Shown here: one piece after another, positions 52,651 to 64,000 of the stretch | Numbering within the stretch: the first letter of the stretch is position 1 | How the letters are laid out: each line of letters starts with the position of its first letter | Assembly (NCBI GenBank): GCA_977030845.1 | Contig: OZ365112.1 | Location: forward strand, 25,482,001-25,546,000 | DNA: 64,000 nt | Origin: Fimbriosthenelais zetlandica | Taxonomy: Eukaryota | Reading direction: 5' to 3' | Program-made: the position numbers and the translations under genes | The notes under the pieces: model-generated | What the model was told of the DNA's origin: nothing | The model's input: the letters and a program-made list of their open reading frames with translations, nothing else | Databases searched by the model: none

Positions 52651-55600
52651 GTTTGCCTGAGAGACCGTCCCTCGCTTGATGTTACTAAAATGTGGTACTC
52701 CTATAATCCACTGGTGGTCGCTCGATCTGTTATACACCTCAACGATTCCAGCTCACCACAACAGACCTTCCTAGTATACCCCAAACAACTCCCTGTCTCA
52801 CATAGACCCTGGTATATATATGCTATATCCACCTTTAAAAGAACACGCTTCAGTGAGAAACCTATGTCTCTACCTATCCCACCTGACATCCCCTCCCCAT
52901 CAGAAGGGGCTACCTCCCTCACCACCCAACCCCTCCTCCTCCCACCTTCACCCAAATTGGGCCTTTTTATGGAACTTAGCAAAGCTAAATTACAGGGGAA
53001 TATTTTCGGCCACGGTCATTGTGCGTGTCTCTGTACAATCTCAATCAGAAAATTGTTCTCGAATAGCGCGCGACAATTGTGTTCCCAAGACAGCAAAGGA
53101 GATGGCAGGAGAGTAGGCAAATCTTGAGGAAGAACAGGTACTTGCCACCGGAAAAGGTGCATCATGTTGCAAATGATTTTCAGTTGATAGAAAAGAACAA
53201 AGAGTAAAAGGTGTTAGCAGGCAAACGCCAGAGTGTCGTATAACAATTCATTAAAGTAGGAAGCAACTGGTGTCAGGTTGCCCAGGTTAATTTCTTCCTT
53301 GGTGGTACAAATGGCATTGAACCACAGAGACTTTGACCATAGGTATTTTCTTTCATTAGCTCTTGCACTGTGACCTCTCTAACCCCACCCAGACATTATG
53401 GTGTACTAGTCAGCCAATACCACACTCATTTACCTTGCTATTCCTACTTTTTTACTGTTGTTCTGAAGGTAAAAAAACAACACAAATGTATATAAAGGAA
53501 AAAAGTTTTATGTTGTTGCTCGACTACAAAGGTAATCTTTCCCTTGTGATCTTAATGACAAACCTCTGTGTCGTCAGATGAAAAACAGGAAGGAACAAGA
53601 AATATTTCCTAAAGTGTTTTACACAAGTATGATAACATACCATATATATTCAGCTTATTTAAGAAAAGTTATAGGAATAAAACACTTTCACTCTCAATAA
53701 ATGTAAAGATGTCCTTTGAGTTTTAGAACAAAATTTAAAGGATTTTGATGTAGTATATGTGAAACACAAAGTAAATAGCCACACTTTTGTCTGTCCAATA
53801 TTCTCCCTCAAAACCAACCATTACATCGAATGAAGGTCCAGGACAAAGTTCCATCAAACTGCCATCGGGAAGGGTGCTATTAACTCAGCATCTCTTTTCA
53901 TAGCTGGGTCCAGCCCAGTCAGCCGGACATAGGGGGTAAAAGCAGCTTGAGACTGGCCTCTCCCAGCTTTCTGCCCCCTCCAATGAATGCCCTCCGCTGA
54001 TCAGCGCTTATTGCTCAGCCACAATGTCATTGGAAGGTCATTTGTTGACGGGGTCAGCTCTAATGGGTTTGATGGATTCATCATTGGGACGAGGTGGAAT
54101 GACACCTAATACCCGGGGCCAAGATGGGGGCTTCAGTCAATAAGTGCTATAGGTCTGCATCATCAGGGCCCAATAGTGCAAATCCCAAAAGTGTTGGGTT
54201 CAAATTTTCTTGTTTGGCTTTGAGTACAGACAACTAACTCTTCTATTATAAAACCATTCTCATTGAGATTTGGTAATTGGTATTTTATCGGGATACAATG
54301 CTGACTTATTGTGGGGTTGAGTAAAAATGTGGAATTGAAGGGTTATAGCGATTGGAAGGGTCAGTCCAATGTCCAGTCTGATGGACACATTAGGGGAGAT
54401 AATTTCAGAGGTTTGACCACTCTTCTAGAACAGGAAACCTGTTGTTAGTACGCATGGGTTCTATGGATAGGATTTAATATACGTTTCAACGTAATGTAAT
54501 GATAATGTTGTATAAGAGCATTGGGTAGTTCTTCAAAGCTCCTAAAGATGTCATTGCACTTAAAGATCACCAGTTAGAAAACTGTTATAAGAGGAATACT
54601 CACAACAATATTTTGACATATTCACTTCAGAGGTATACTTTTAATACACACTAAGATACTGAATGTGCAAGTGGGACGTCTAAAAACTATTTGTTCACAA
54701 CAAAATAAGTTTTGACAACATATCAGTTGTAACTTGATGGATTTCATCTCCCATTTCTTTCACCATTGTCAATCAATTTCTGTCCTCAATATGCACTACT
54801 TTGGTGCTCTGTTGCCAACACTTTTAAGTTCACTTTTAAACAGAATTGCTTTACAATCAAGCAGATAGCGTATACTATATACTAGATAGCATTCAAATTG
54901 GAATCCCTCATCTCCAGCCCCCACCCCGGGAGTGTATCAATATTAGCGTATAGCAAAGAGGGCATATCGGTTAAAACAGTGATAAGATACATGCCACTGC
55001 TAATCATAAAATGATTACTACTAACTACCAGCCTTAAGACGCTGCCCACCGGTCAGTCAGACAGGTGTGTGGTAGGTCAGTTCCCAGGGTGTGACTTATT
55101 TGTGTCCAGTTTTATCTAAACTACTGACTTCCCAGAGGCTTTGAGGACTTTGATGTCTTAATCAAAGCTACTCAGCTTTTCCATTATGTATGCACACCCC
55201 CTCTGCTGGTGGGAAGCAATGGTCAGCGTCTTGCCCATTATAAGTACCCTACACCTCCCCACAGTGGCAGACCTAAATTGCTACTCGCCGCCAGAACTTT
55301 TGACCTTCTCTCAAACGCTGCCCTTTCATTATAAGAACTCAGGAAGGGATAAATTGATTCAGGCCGGAACAGTGATGTTATTTTTTTGTGCGTGGGGAAG
55401 GTATGACTTCTAAATGGACCTCTCAGGTTGGAATACACTATGTATCATATTTCCAAGAAAGCAACTAAACTCGGAAAATGAATGACATTTTGTATCAATT
55501 GATTTTAATAATATTGTTGTGAAGAACTAATGATCTTTCCCAGGAAAAACATATTTTCTATAAGACAACATATAGTATTATTATTATGCTATTTCAAGAG

Positions 55601-56116
55601 CTGTTTAGTGTTATATTATGAATATGTTTTCCCAACATTTCTCAGTATTGAAGCCCCATATATTTGCACCAAACACTGCAATTATATTATTATAATACAA
55701 AGACATCTGGTCATTGATGTATATCATTTAAGCAATCATGTCTTTTGCAAGAAAATAGGCAATTGGAATTGAATTTCACAACCAGTAATAACAACTATCC
55801 TGCAAACAAGGATTAGAGGCAAAACAATTCTTGATATATTGACGACAACAACTGCATAGATATATCACAGAATCATGAAGAATATCTTTTTAATTGCAAA
55901 CCAATGTATATATACATGCATGCTAATTTGCATTGTAACAGGGAAATTGGAGTATCATTAAGACAATGAAAAAGTGTCCATGTACACCTAGTGAGACATC
56001 TTAAAGAGGTAAATTTCCAAATTACTAACTTACAACTCTGATAATTGTAACAATTATTCACAGTGACAAATGAGATCAAATGGCAATGTGACAACCATTT
56101 AAAATGCATGACTTAC

Positions 56117-56570
56117 CGTCAAAAAGACTAAAAGCAACCTTTAGACAGTTGTTCTCTGTCAATCACTTATGTCCAACTCCTCTATTCCTTTTCAAAGGCA
56201 CACATGTACATACAATCCCCCACAGAAAGGACTGGCAGCTAACTCCTCCAGTGCGGTTTAACTCCAGGGTTTCTTGCCTCAATATGCACACAGCACCTGC
56301 TAAGATGAGCACCATCTGCCATCAATTGCTGTAGTTCCTGCTGATTGCCTTTTGGTCACCCTTTTAGATCCACAAGCTTTTAAAAGCACAGACACGAGGA
56401 GGGACGAGAGCGTCTCCTCAGCTCGACTCCAACTCCAACTCCCTTGGCTACAACTATACTACTAGGCCTACTACTACTTCTACTACTTCCTTCTCACATC
56501 ATCACTAACACAACTTGACTTCTTGCAGCCCTTGTGAGCTCTTGGAGAACAATGTAACCTCATTTATAGC
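56117..56570 (-). other. TATA box plus candidate non-coding first exon
   Basis: GCTATAAATG on the minus strand at 56570-56561, an (AGT)n-rich leader (56448-56490), and donor ACG|gtaagt at 56117/56116. No ATG-initiated open frame runs into the donor. Confidence 0.25.
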
Positions 56571-58759
56571 ACCGAAGCCACACCGCAGAAGGCTTCAAAT
56601 GAAGAATTTAAGTAGGATATCCTTCCGCAGTGGCTTTGCACATCCGTGGGGGTATTTTTTTTCAAAGGGTCCACAGAGATGAGAGCTGGAGCGAGTTGTT
56701 GGTAAGGGGGGATCTCCAGCCGATGGGGAGAGAGAGCTCCAACTGTGGAGAGAGGCAGAGTTTTGAATGTTTGTGGGGCCCTCTGTCTGTCTGTTCGTCT
56801 GCTTCGCCAGGCCGCCTGTGGTTGGTAGTTTGTGGAGAACTACTAGACTCTCTCTCACACTCTCCCCTCTCTCCCTGCCTCCTCCCTCTCACACACACAC
56901 TCTCCCATTTGCTACTATGGAGCAATTTATATACCTATGTTCAACAGGCATGTGTGCGGTTTAGGACATTTGAAATTAGGTAAAGAGGACAGAGGAAGTG
57001 GTATACCTAGTACTCTTAATTGTTTTAATACATTAAGCATTATTTAATCGTATAATGCTTTCATTAATATTATCGAATAATGTTTTATACTAATCTTACC
57101 TAACTGCATTCGGTGAAAGTTATATTTATTGTCACATGAATTTTCATGTAAAATCACAATCTTGGTCATCATCTCCAAACGCATTTTTCACCTATTGATG
57201 TGATATTTGCAACTATTTTCTTCAGTTCCAACAGTATGTTTTCGGATACTTGATACTCACTACTTACTGTTATAAAAGGAGTAAGAATGTCATTGAAGTT
57301 ATACAAAATGAAGTATAATCTTGTATAGCTTGTTGATAGAAGGTGGCTACCATTTCTATAGCCTAGAACGCCTCCGCCCCTTGGCAGACGTACGTACCTT
57401 CTTTTGACATTGCTTTTTGAGGTCAGGCCACATTACCATATGAAACAGGACACGTACGATCATCAATAAACTGAGAAGTCATACACTAACGATAATACAT
57501 CAAACCCATTCAATAAAATGTACAAAAGCACATCCATAAATTTGATTTTTCTATGCCAAGGGATGGGCCATGTCTCCCTCTCAAATATTCTTCTTTTCTT
57601 CTCTGGTCTTTCATTCATTAAATTCTCCATCTTTCTCAATGTACGAGTATTCATTTTTCCAAATGTTCTCCTATGCAATAGGCTCATCTCTCATCAGAGG
57701 ACGAACAAGAACTTGTGCAAACATTTGTGAAAATATGCATAACTTAACCCTACATCAGAGGTCATGGTGCATATTGCTTTCTGGAACAGCATCCTGACAT
57801 GTTGATGAACAAATTATCTTGATGCCGTCAAGTAATAGAAAGACGGGCGTGGCCCAATTTCAATCTTAAGGAATGAAGGGACCTACGATGCACAGGTTTT
57901 CAAACACAGATATGGATCATTCCATTTTCCCGATGCTAAAGAATACTATAAATCAAGGAGGGAGTAATTGATTCCTGACAGAAAATGTGATCCTCCACTT
58001 TGCACAAAATGTAAATTATCCACGCCTTGACGTAATTTTTCAACTAACTCCAAAACGCTAGGAGCTATGAAGGAAATTGCATCGCCCACGTGCAAGGGGT
58101 TATAAGTACACTGTTTCTTAGTAATATTTCATTTCAATTCAGCCAACACCATTCTATCAACAACTGCGGTTTCTGAAAATGGCCTCCGCCCAACAAATTG
58201 AACAGTACAATGTATTACACCAATTTTTGCCCATCTTCATTTTTCTCTGACCAATTTTCCTTGATAGGCATTCAAGATGGCTTTTTACAAGCCGCGGAAG
58301 GCCATGCAATTATGCACCAACCCTATAATAGAATTGAGTAGATATATTGTAATTTGTGGAGAGCATGAGATGCAGGGGTACTTTATGGAGCCGGTGGTAA
58401 TTTTCATTATGTCCACTCATTTGTAATGATAGTCTTCTTGTAGCGCCACCTCGCGTCACCTCTGGTCAGCTATGACCTTCACAGATCCCCCTATTTTGAC
58501 CTTTCCTCCCTGCATCTCCCGCCAGACCCCCAGCAAAGCGGGCCATGCAGGCGACCCCAAGACCTTCCACAGGGCAATGGCCAGAGAGCTTTAAGGGTCA
58601 GGCTTCACTAATCCAATTCTCCATCCGGCCGATGGCCATCGGATGTCAACTACCCTTCCCTGGGTCATCAGCTTAAGCTGTGACTGACTGGCAATAAGCC
58701 ACAGAATGAAAACATCAAAAACGCAAGTTATTCTTTAAGGGATCATATTTGTTTGCCGA

Positions 58760-59275
58760 TCAGTTCAGTGGAACAGCGTCTGATTTCCAGGGCAAATGTC
58801 TGAAAATATAGACCTCATAAAGTGAGAGACCTTGAGTGTAGAGGGATGTGAGGGTGGGTGTTTGTGATTGTATAGTGATCGTACAGTGAGATTGTGGGTG
58901 TGTGGGGGGCAGGCTATGGCCAGCTAACCAGAACGTCGCATAGAAACAGCATCCTCCCAACCTGAGGACTCCTTCAACAAATTTCTTCCGGAAGACCTCC
59001 ACAATCTGATGTGTCATAACGGCACATATGTCAATCCCAGAGCCAAGTTCATAAACAACCGGCCGCGGCAGAATATATAGCAGGGCAACCAAGACATGGT
59101 CTACTTTTTCGGCGAAGGAAAATGTGTTTTCATAATAAATTTCATGAAAGCCTTCAATTTCCGGTATGGTCAAATGTCTTAAATTATTAAGGACATTGAC
59201 TTCTTCACCATTCGGAAATTTAAGCATTATGAAACCGTTCTCTTCTTGCCAAATTCCGCCACAATTTATTTGCAT
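58760..59275 (-). CDS. Hypothetical protein fragment, unknown function
   Basis: 171-codon ORF whose first 105 codons are protein-like with marked GNN codon bias, while the in-register opposite strand has stops. Acceptor (tatgcag) lies 4 nt before the ATG. An optional in-phase 162-nt GT-AG intron (58961-58800) removes the low-complexity part. VVYELGSG (aa 73-80) loosely resembles methyltransferase motif I. It could be a decayed mobile or viral remnant. Confidence 0.35.
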   Translation of the reverse strand: MQINCGGIWQEENGFIMLKFPNGEEVNVLNNLRHLTIPEIEGFHEIYYENTFSFAEKVDHVLVALLYILPRPVVYELGSGIDICAVMTHQIVEVFRKKFVEGVLRLGGCCFYATFWLAGHSLPPTHPQSHCTITIQSQTPTLTSLYTQGLSLYEVYIFRHLPWKSDAVPLN

Positions 59276-60161
59276 TTCTCTGCATAATTATGATATGATT
59301 TTAATATAATGGAAGGATAAGTGAAGGAACTTAATCAACCATAGCGGTGTCATTCCGTTAGAATTAAACTGCAACAATCAATCGATGATTAACTAATCTG
59401 ATAACCCAGAGATTTTCTCAATGACATTTCTGCCTATAGTTATTATAGAGAAAGAGGACTGGGAGGTGAGAGAGCAGTTGATAATGTGCCTATCACCTCT
59501 TGATCTCTCCCGGCCTATTGTCAGTCACCATGTCACCCACGGTAAGACGATGATTGTGCTTATTGCTGTCACACCCTGACAATGTCCTCCTTTCTCTGAC
59601 ACTCTAGGTGTCCCCTGGACATCCCACTGGACAATGAAGTCACATCATGAGCTCATTACGAGCCTCTGGGATGGGTCCACACATCTTCAATCTAGCACAC
59701 ATTTCCTTAAGGCCACCCAATTGTCTCCCGTCCGATTCCCCAAGGGATTAAAAACAAGAAGCTAACTTTGACACATCCAGTTGGCCAGAGCATCTACTCA
59801 GCAGGGGCTAAATGGTCAGGCCATTGAAAAGTGAATGGATATCCTTATTGGTTGTAAGCGTGTGTATTGCTCCTGTGCGTTCAAGGAGAAAAAATTGGTT
59901 TCCCCAGAGAAAGCTCTAGGGCGCTGATGTTGGATGATTTATAATTAGGCGTATCACTTCTTGATGACACTCCAAACAATGGGTCTAATCATTAGGAGTA
60001 TATTGGCAATGAGTTAGTTTTTCTCCCGTGGGAGCAGTGTCAAGATGTCTTGATGAATTTAACCTTGTGGAGGTGTCACTACCTGTATCTTATGGAATAA
60101 AAACTTCTAACTTTAACAAAAGATTTTAAGATTAATTTTGTAGAGTAATATTTTCTCTTAC

Positions 60162-60218
60162 CTCAAAATGTATTCAAAGGTTTTATGGCCGGGTATAATT
60201 TACATTCCTCGAAAGAAT
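60162..60218 (-). other. Candidate 57-nt non-coding (UTR/lncRNA) exon
   Basis: Strong acceptor ctattttgtttttcag and donor GAG|gtaaga. All three frames contain stops. Confidence 0.35.
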
Positions 60219-61769
60219 CTGAAAAACAAAATAGTTGGTTATTTAACTGATCGAGATGTATATTTTTGACATGAGTCAGCATCATATTTTATTCACATTT
60301 AGATCAATTAGAATCTAATGATTATCTTGAATCAATAAAGGAATGCCTCCAAGGAATATCATTATAGAAAACAATAATTAGATTTTTCGAGATTGACATT
60401 ATATTCTAATTCTCGGGGCTGACCCATACCGTATACACCATAATTAATAACAATTATCATGTGAAATGTAGTCCATAATAATAAAACATATTTGTCTCTC
60501 TTGAACCAGTTAGTAATGAGCTCAAGCATGGAGCGCGCTATTAGTTAGACGTCGGTAATAACCTTTTGTTTCTTAATAGCTCACTTTTATTTACCGTCGA
60601 CGGAAGCTAGTCGTATAGCCTACTCTAATGATTAAACTAATTAATGCCCACGAGGAAAGGTCTGATAAAAAAGGTTAATTTGTGCGAGGAAGCATCCACC
60701 GCGGTTATTCCCTATTTCCTAGCCTCTGACCACAATTACTTCCACATAATGACCTCTCCAGAAGCAAGACTTGTCAACTTTGTCTTTTCTAACTGGAGAG
60801 ACTTGACTTCAATTAGGAGGTCAGCGTTAATACGATAGACATGGTAGCTATTAATAGCCTTTTCTCAGTAGTAGAATCCTTATTCTGTACATGTAAATAT
60901 ACAGAACATGGCATTACAATTATTTTTATTAATAGGCCTAAAACATATTAATAAGTGATTCCATACACCCTTCACTAATTTGTCCTAATTTCACTGTGTC
61001 TTCCCCGCAATTAGATTGAATCAGTATTTTTTTCAGAACGGGAATGGATTTTTCTTTATATGTTTACAGAATTAACACTTATCTTAATGGAAATTGCTGG
61101 AAGTTTACAGTGACATTTATGTTTAATATCGAAGAGTGTTGGTTATTGCAGGAGTTCATTCGCCCAAGACGGAAGAGTGGCTTTAAAAATTAGCTATATG
61201 TAATTGAGCCAAATTGCTGTCTTCAAGCGAAGATGTCAGTGAAATTACTAGTGTCATTCATATCACTTTTATACATATGAATTATACTTGATTTGTGACA
61301 ACATAAAAGAGATTAATTGGCGTGTATTGTGGGGAGAAGGCAAAACGTTAATTGCATTATGTTCCCATATCCCTGACCTGCTGACCTCATTCTTCCTCTG
61401 TGGGGGTTCAAAATTGGCCTGGCTTCAAAAAAGGGCTCTAAAGTCACCTTTGAGCTTTTGGGGCCTGTGCCACTATGCTCCAGGAATGTGCCATATGGTT
61501 AGATCAAACCTACAGCCATAACTGGGTGAGAGATCTAGCCAATCATTTCCTAGTTAATACGGTGGTCCGTTTTACAGCCTTTGTGCTGCCCAGAGCCGTT
61601 GGGAGTTGACACCTCAAGCCATATCAAAGACGAATGACAAAGACCGAGGTCTGTTTTGGGATGAACTAGGATTTCCCAAAGAGCTCAATGTATTGATCAG
61701 CGAGTTTGTTTAAACGTATACGTGATGTGGGGAAAAGAGGGACGGAGTGGAGGAAAAGCGAGGAAGCCA

Positions 61770-62065
61770 CTTTTAAGAAGGAGGAAGTGTGGGCTTCCGA
61801 AACGGCGTCGGGTCCGGATGACAAAATAAGAGGTGGCCAAAAGTGTGTCCGAATATTGGATGTTCCTGTGTGTGAGGCCTGAGGCTATAATAGGACTGCT
61901 GAGTAATATGATTCCCGCCCAGTGACGTAACAACAACAAAACCTATTACGTCACTTGGCGTTGCGATAGTTGCAGGTATGGGATGAGAGGGACAGGTGGG
62001 ATAGAAGCAGTGGACAAATAAGATACCGTTATATAAGTTCACCTTCAAAGGTTATATATATATAG
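61770..62065 (+). promoter_or_regulatory. Promoter-like cluster: ETS, GC-box, paired CRE-like sites, TATA-like
   Basis: AGGAAGTG about 61771, CCGGATG about 61814, CCCGCCC 61914, AGTGACGTAA 61921-61930 and its exact reverse complement TTACGTCACT 61946-61955, TATA-like runs at about 62030 and 62053. Confidence 0.45.
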
Positions 62066-63599
62066 GCCAGAATGGGAAGCCATGGCAGCAGCAACTAGGA
62101 TGGTTCTAAATGAACCAAAATGAAAGGCAATTGTATGAAAATAATCATTATTGTTAGTAAAATAAAAAAAATTGTAATTTATATTGTGATGTTAGTAATT
62201 AGAATACAACACGCTAACAGCATGAAGGAGTATTGAATATATGCATAATATAAACTGATGAATGCACGAGGGAATGACAGGATTGCAGTTGCCAAATCAA
62301 CTTAATTATAGATTGTGTGGAGTGGAGACTTGAGGGAGGTATTTAGCTCCTGTTTTATGTTTTTATAAACAGAAAGTTAGTAATTTTGAAGTAAGTCATG
62401 AATAATTCAAATAATAAGATTTAATTTGTTATTTGACTGGCATTTCGTTATGATTTAAATGGACTATATTGAAAATTGAAGGCTCAATTACATCATACCG
62501 GATTTCCACAATTAAAATGCAATGAATAGAACTATAATAGGCCTACTATTGATCAAATCAAATTAAAACAGGGTCTAGGAAGTTGATATTATAGGAATAT
62601 TGCCATATTCGCAAGAAACACCTTCCAAATCAACAAATCAAAACATGACATGTATGGAAGGCAAGGCACGCAGTTGAATTGCACAATGTTTAACTGCATC
62701 GAAAAACAGTCTCAAGTCTCTATCCTCATGAGTCCATTTAGCAAGACTGAAATCTACAATTCCTCTTGACTTTCAGTCAAAGGTCAATTGCACAAACCCA
62801 ACCCAAATTGCGGAGGAAACTGCAATATTCCTTCAATCGCGACAGGGAAACAAATACCGTAAACAACTCTCACTCCACTGAACATGTCATAGACTAAACC
62901 AGTAAATACAAAAGTAAATGAAACATTCCAAGAACAAGAAGGCAGTCCTTAATGGGAGTTGGCTTTGGCTTTGTTATTCCTTTACCTCCTGGTGGGTTGA
63001 GACAAAGAAGCAGTGAATGATAAGGGACTATTTTCTGTCAGCGGAGAGGCATCCGGGATGTAGACCAGTAAGTGATGGTCGTGAATCAGACCTGCTCATG
63101 TGGATGGCTCATCTGAGACTCAATGAATCAGCCCCTAACCTGGGTCCATTCCCATCAAAAATCGAGCCTAACTCCTAAAAAGGTCGTATAGATATAAAAG
63201 CCTTGTTACACTGACTTTGTAAAATCTTGTGTCATATTTTGCCTCCAGTAATTTTTTGAGGAACTACTTCTACATGGCAGTTCAATTGATATCTTTGCGA
63301 CATGCAGTAAGACAAAAATCTGGGGAAGAGAGGGTATTTTAGAAGATTAAACTTCCCCGATTAATTAATGAAAGGCATTTACATGTATTTGAAACTTTAG
63401 AACTAACTAAGCTAAGACCATAACTGTGAAGGAACGATATTCCCAATGAATTGACCAAATAAACAATGACAAAAAAGTGCCTGCGATGTCAACACAAATC
63501 CTAGACTAGAACTACTGAGGAAATCCAGTCTCTTAATACGGAGATGTATCAATATAAGAATCTGATATCTGCTAGAAGAGCATGCATCCCGAAAGCTTC

Positions 63600-64000
63600 A
63601 CCCACCGCTCTTCTGTTTGAAGCGTCCTCCCTTCCCTCCACTTGGTCGCGTCGCTAACCTGATGCGACCAACGCCGAATTAAAAAAAACCGTGCGGAAGA
63701 TGGATGCGGACTTAATAAGTCGTTATCAATTAAAATCCAGTGTCAAGATCGCAAATCCACAACCGCTATCAGCACGGGCTTTCAGATAGTGATAAGCAGA
63801 CAGCTCCAAATGAGAAAAAATAATAATGTGAGAGGGAAGGGCGAGAAAAAACGAGAGGCACCTCCTTTCTGAAATTCCTTCTTTGTTAGTGTCTGGAGAC
63901 AGAGGCGTCATCTCATGTCGCCATCTAAACGCCGGAAAAAAGCGAGAATTTCACGCGTAATGATAGAGTGCGGCGAAGGGGTGAATGGAGGAGCGCAACT
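63600..64000. promoter_or_regulatory. CpG-enriched promoter-like segment running off the window end
   Basis: High CpG density; YY1-like CGCCATCT 63919-63926, ETS-like GCCGGAAA 63931, and a hairpin at 63642-63671. Confidence 0.35.

Noticed and set aside
6422-53745. Several TTAAAGG motifs resembling MITE termini (6422, 13221, 20897, 48311, 53735)
   Set aside because: No matching inverted partner with extended terminal identity could be found by eye.
56117-56155. Minus-strand peptide NNCLKVAFSLFD resembling an EF-hand entry helix
   Set aside because: There is no proper acceptor or ATG in frame and no downstream EF-loop exon was found; likely coincidence.
38259-58642. Short inverted repeats (38259-38295, 48210-48240, 51363-51391, 58629-58642)
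   Set aside because: Arms are 7-10 bp; several are expected by chance in 64 kb and there is no associated feature.

Overview
This window is about 64 kb of animal (metazoan) genomic DNA, moderately AT-rich and essentially non-coding. It looks like a long intron or regulatory gene desert; the species cannot be assigned from sequence alone. I cannot name any gene. I see no rRNA, tRNA, snRNA, recognisable miRNA, CRISPR array or intact transposon ORF. Most ORFs in the supplied track are chance or low-complexity translations. The best protein-coding candidate is a minus-strand ORF at 58760-59275, about 105 protein-like codons of unknown function with a weak SAM-methyltransferase motif-I-like VVYELGSG, preceded by a well-bounded 57-nt non-coding exon (60162-60218). 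Clearly supported sequence features are: a perfect 19-bp inverted repeat (49093-49131), a degenerate 25-bp minisatellite (26726-26970), long GA/TC tracts, and many transcription-factor motif clusters. The most striking cluster is a dense set of RFX X-boxes in the first 6.4 kb; CRE, CCAAT/NF-Y, nuclear-receptor DR1, Sp/GC-box and K50-homeodomain sites also occur. One architecture recurs on the minus strand: CpG/motif-rich segment, then pyrimidine-rich leader, then canonical splice donor. This suggests, by inference only, a series of alternative promoters/first exons of a gene whose shared exons lie left of the window. All exon and motif calls are by eye and need transcript or comparative data.
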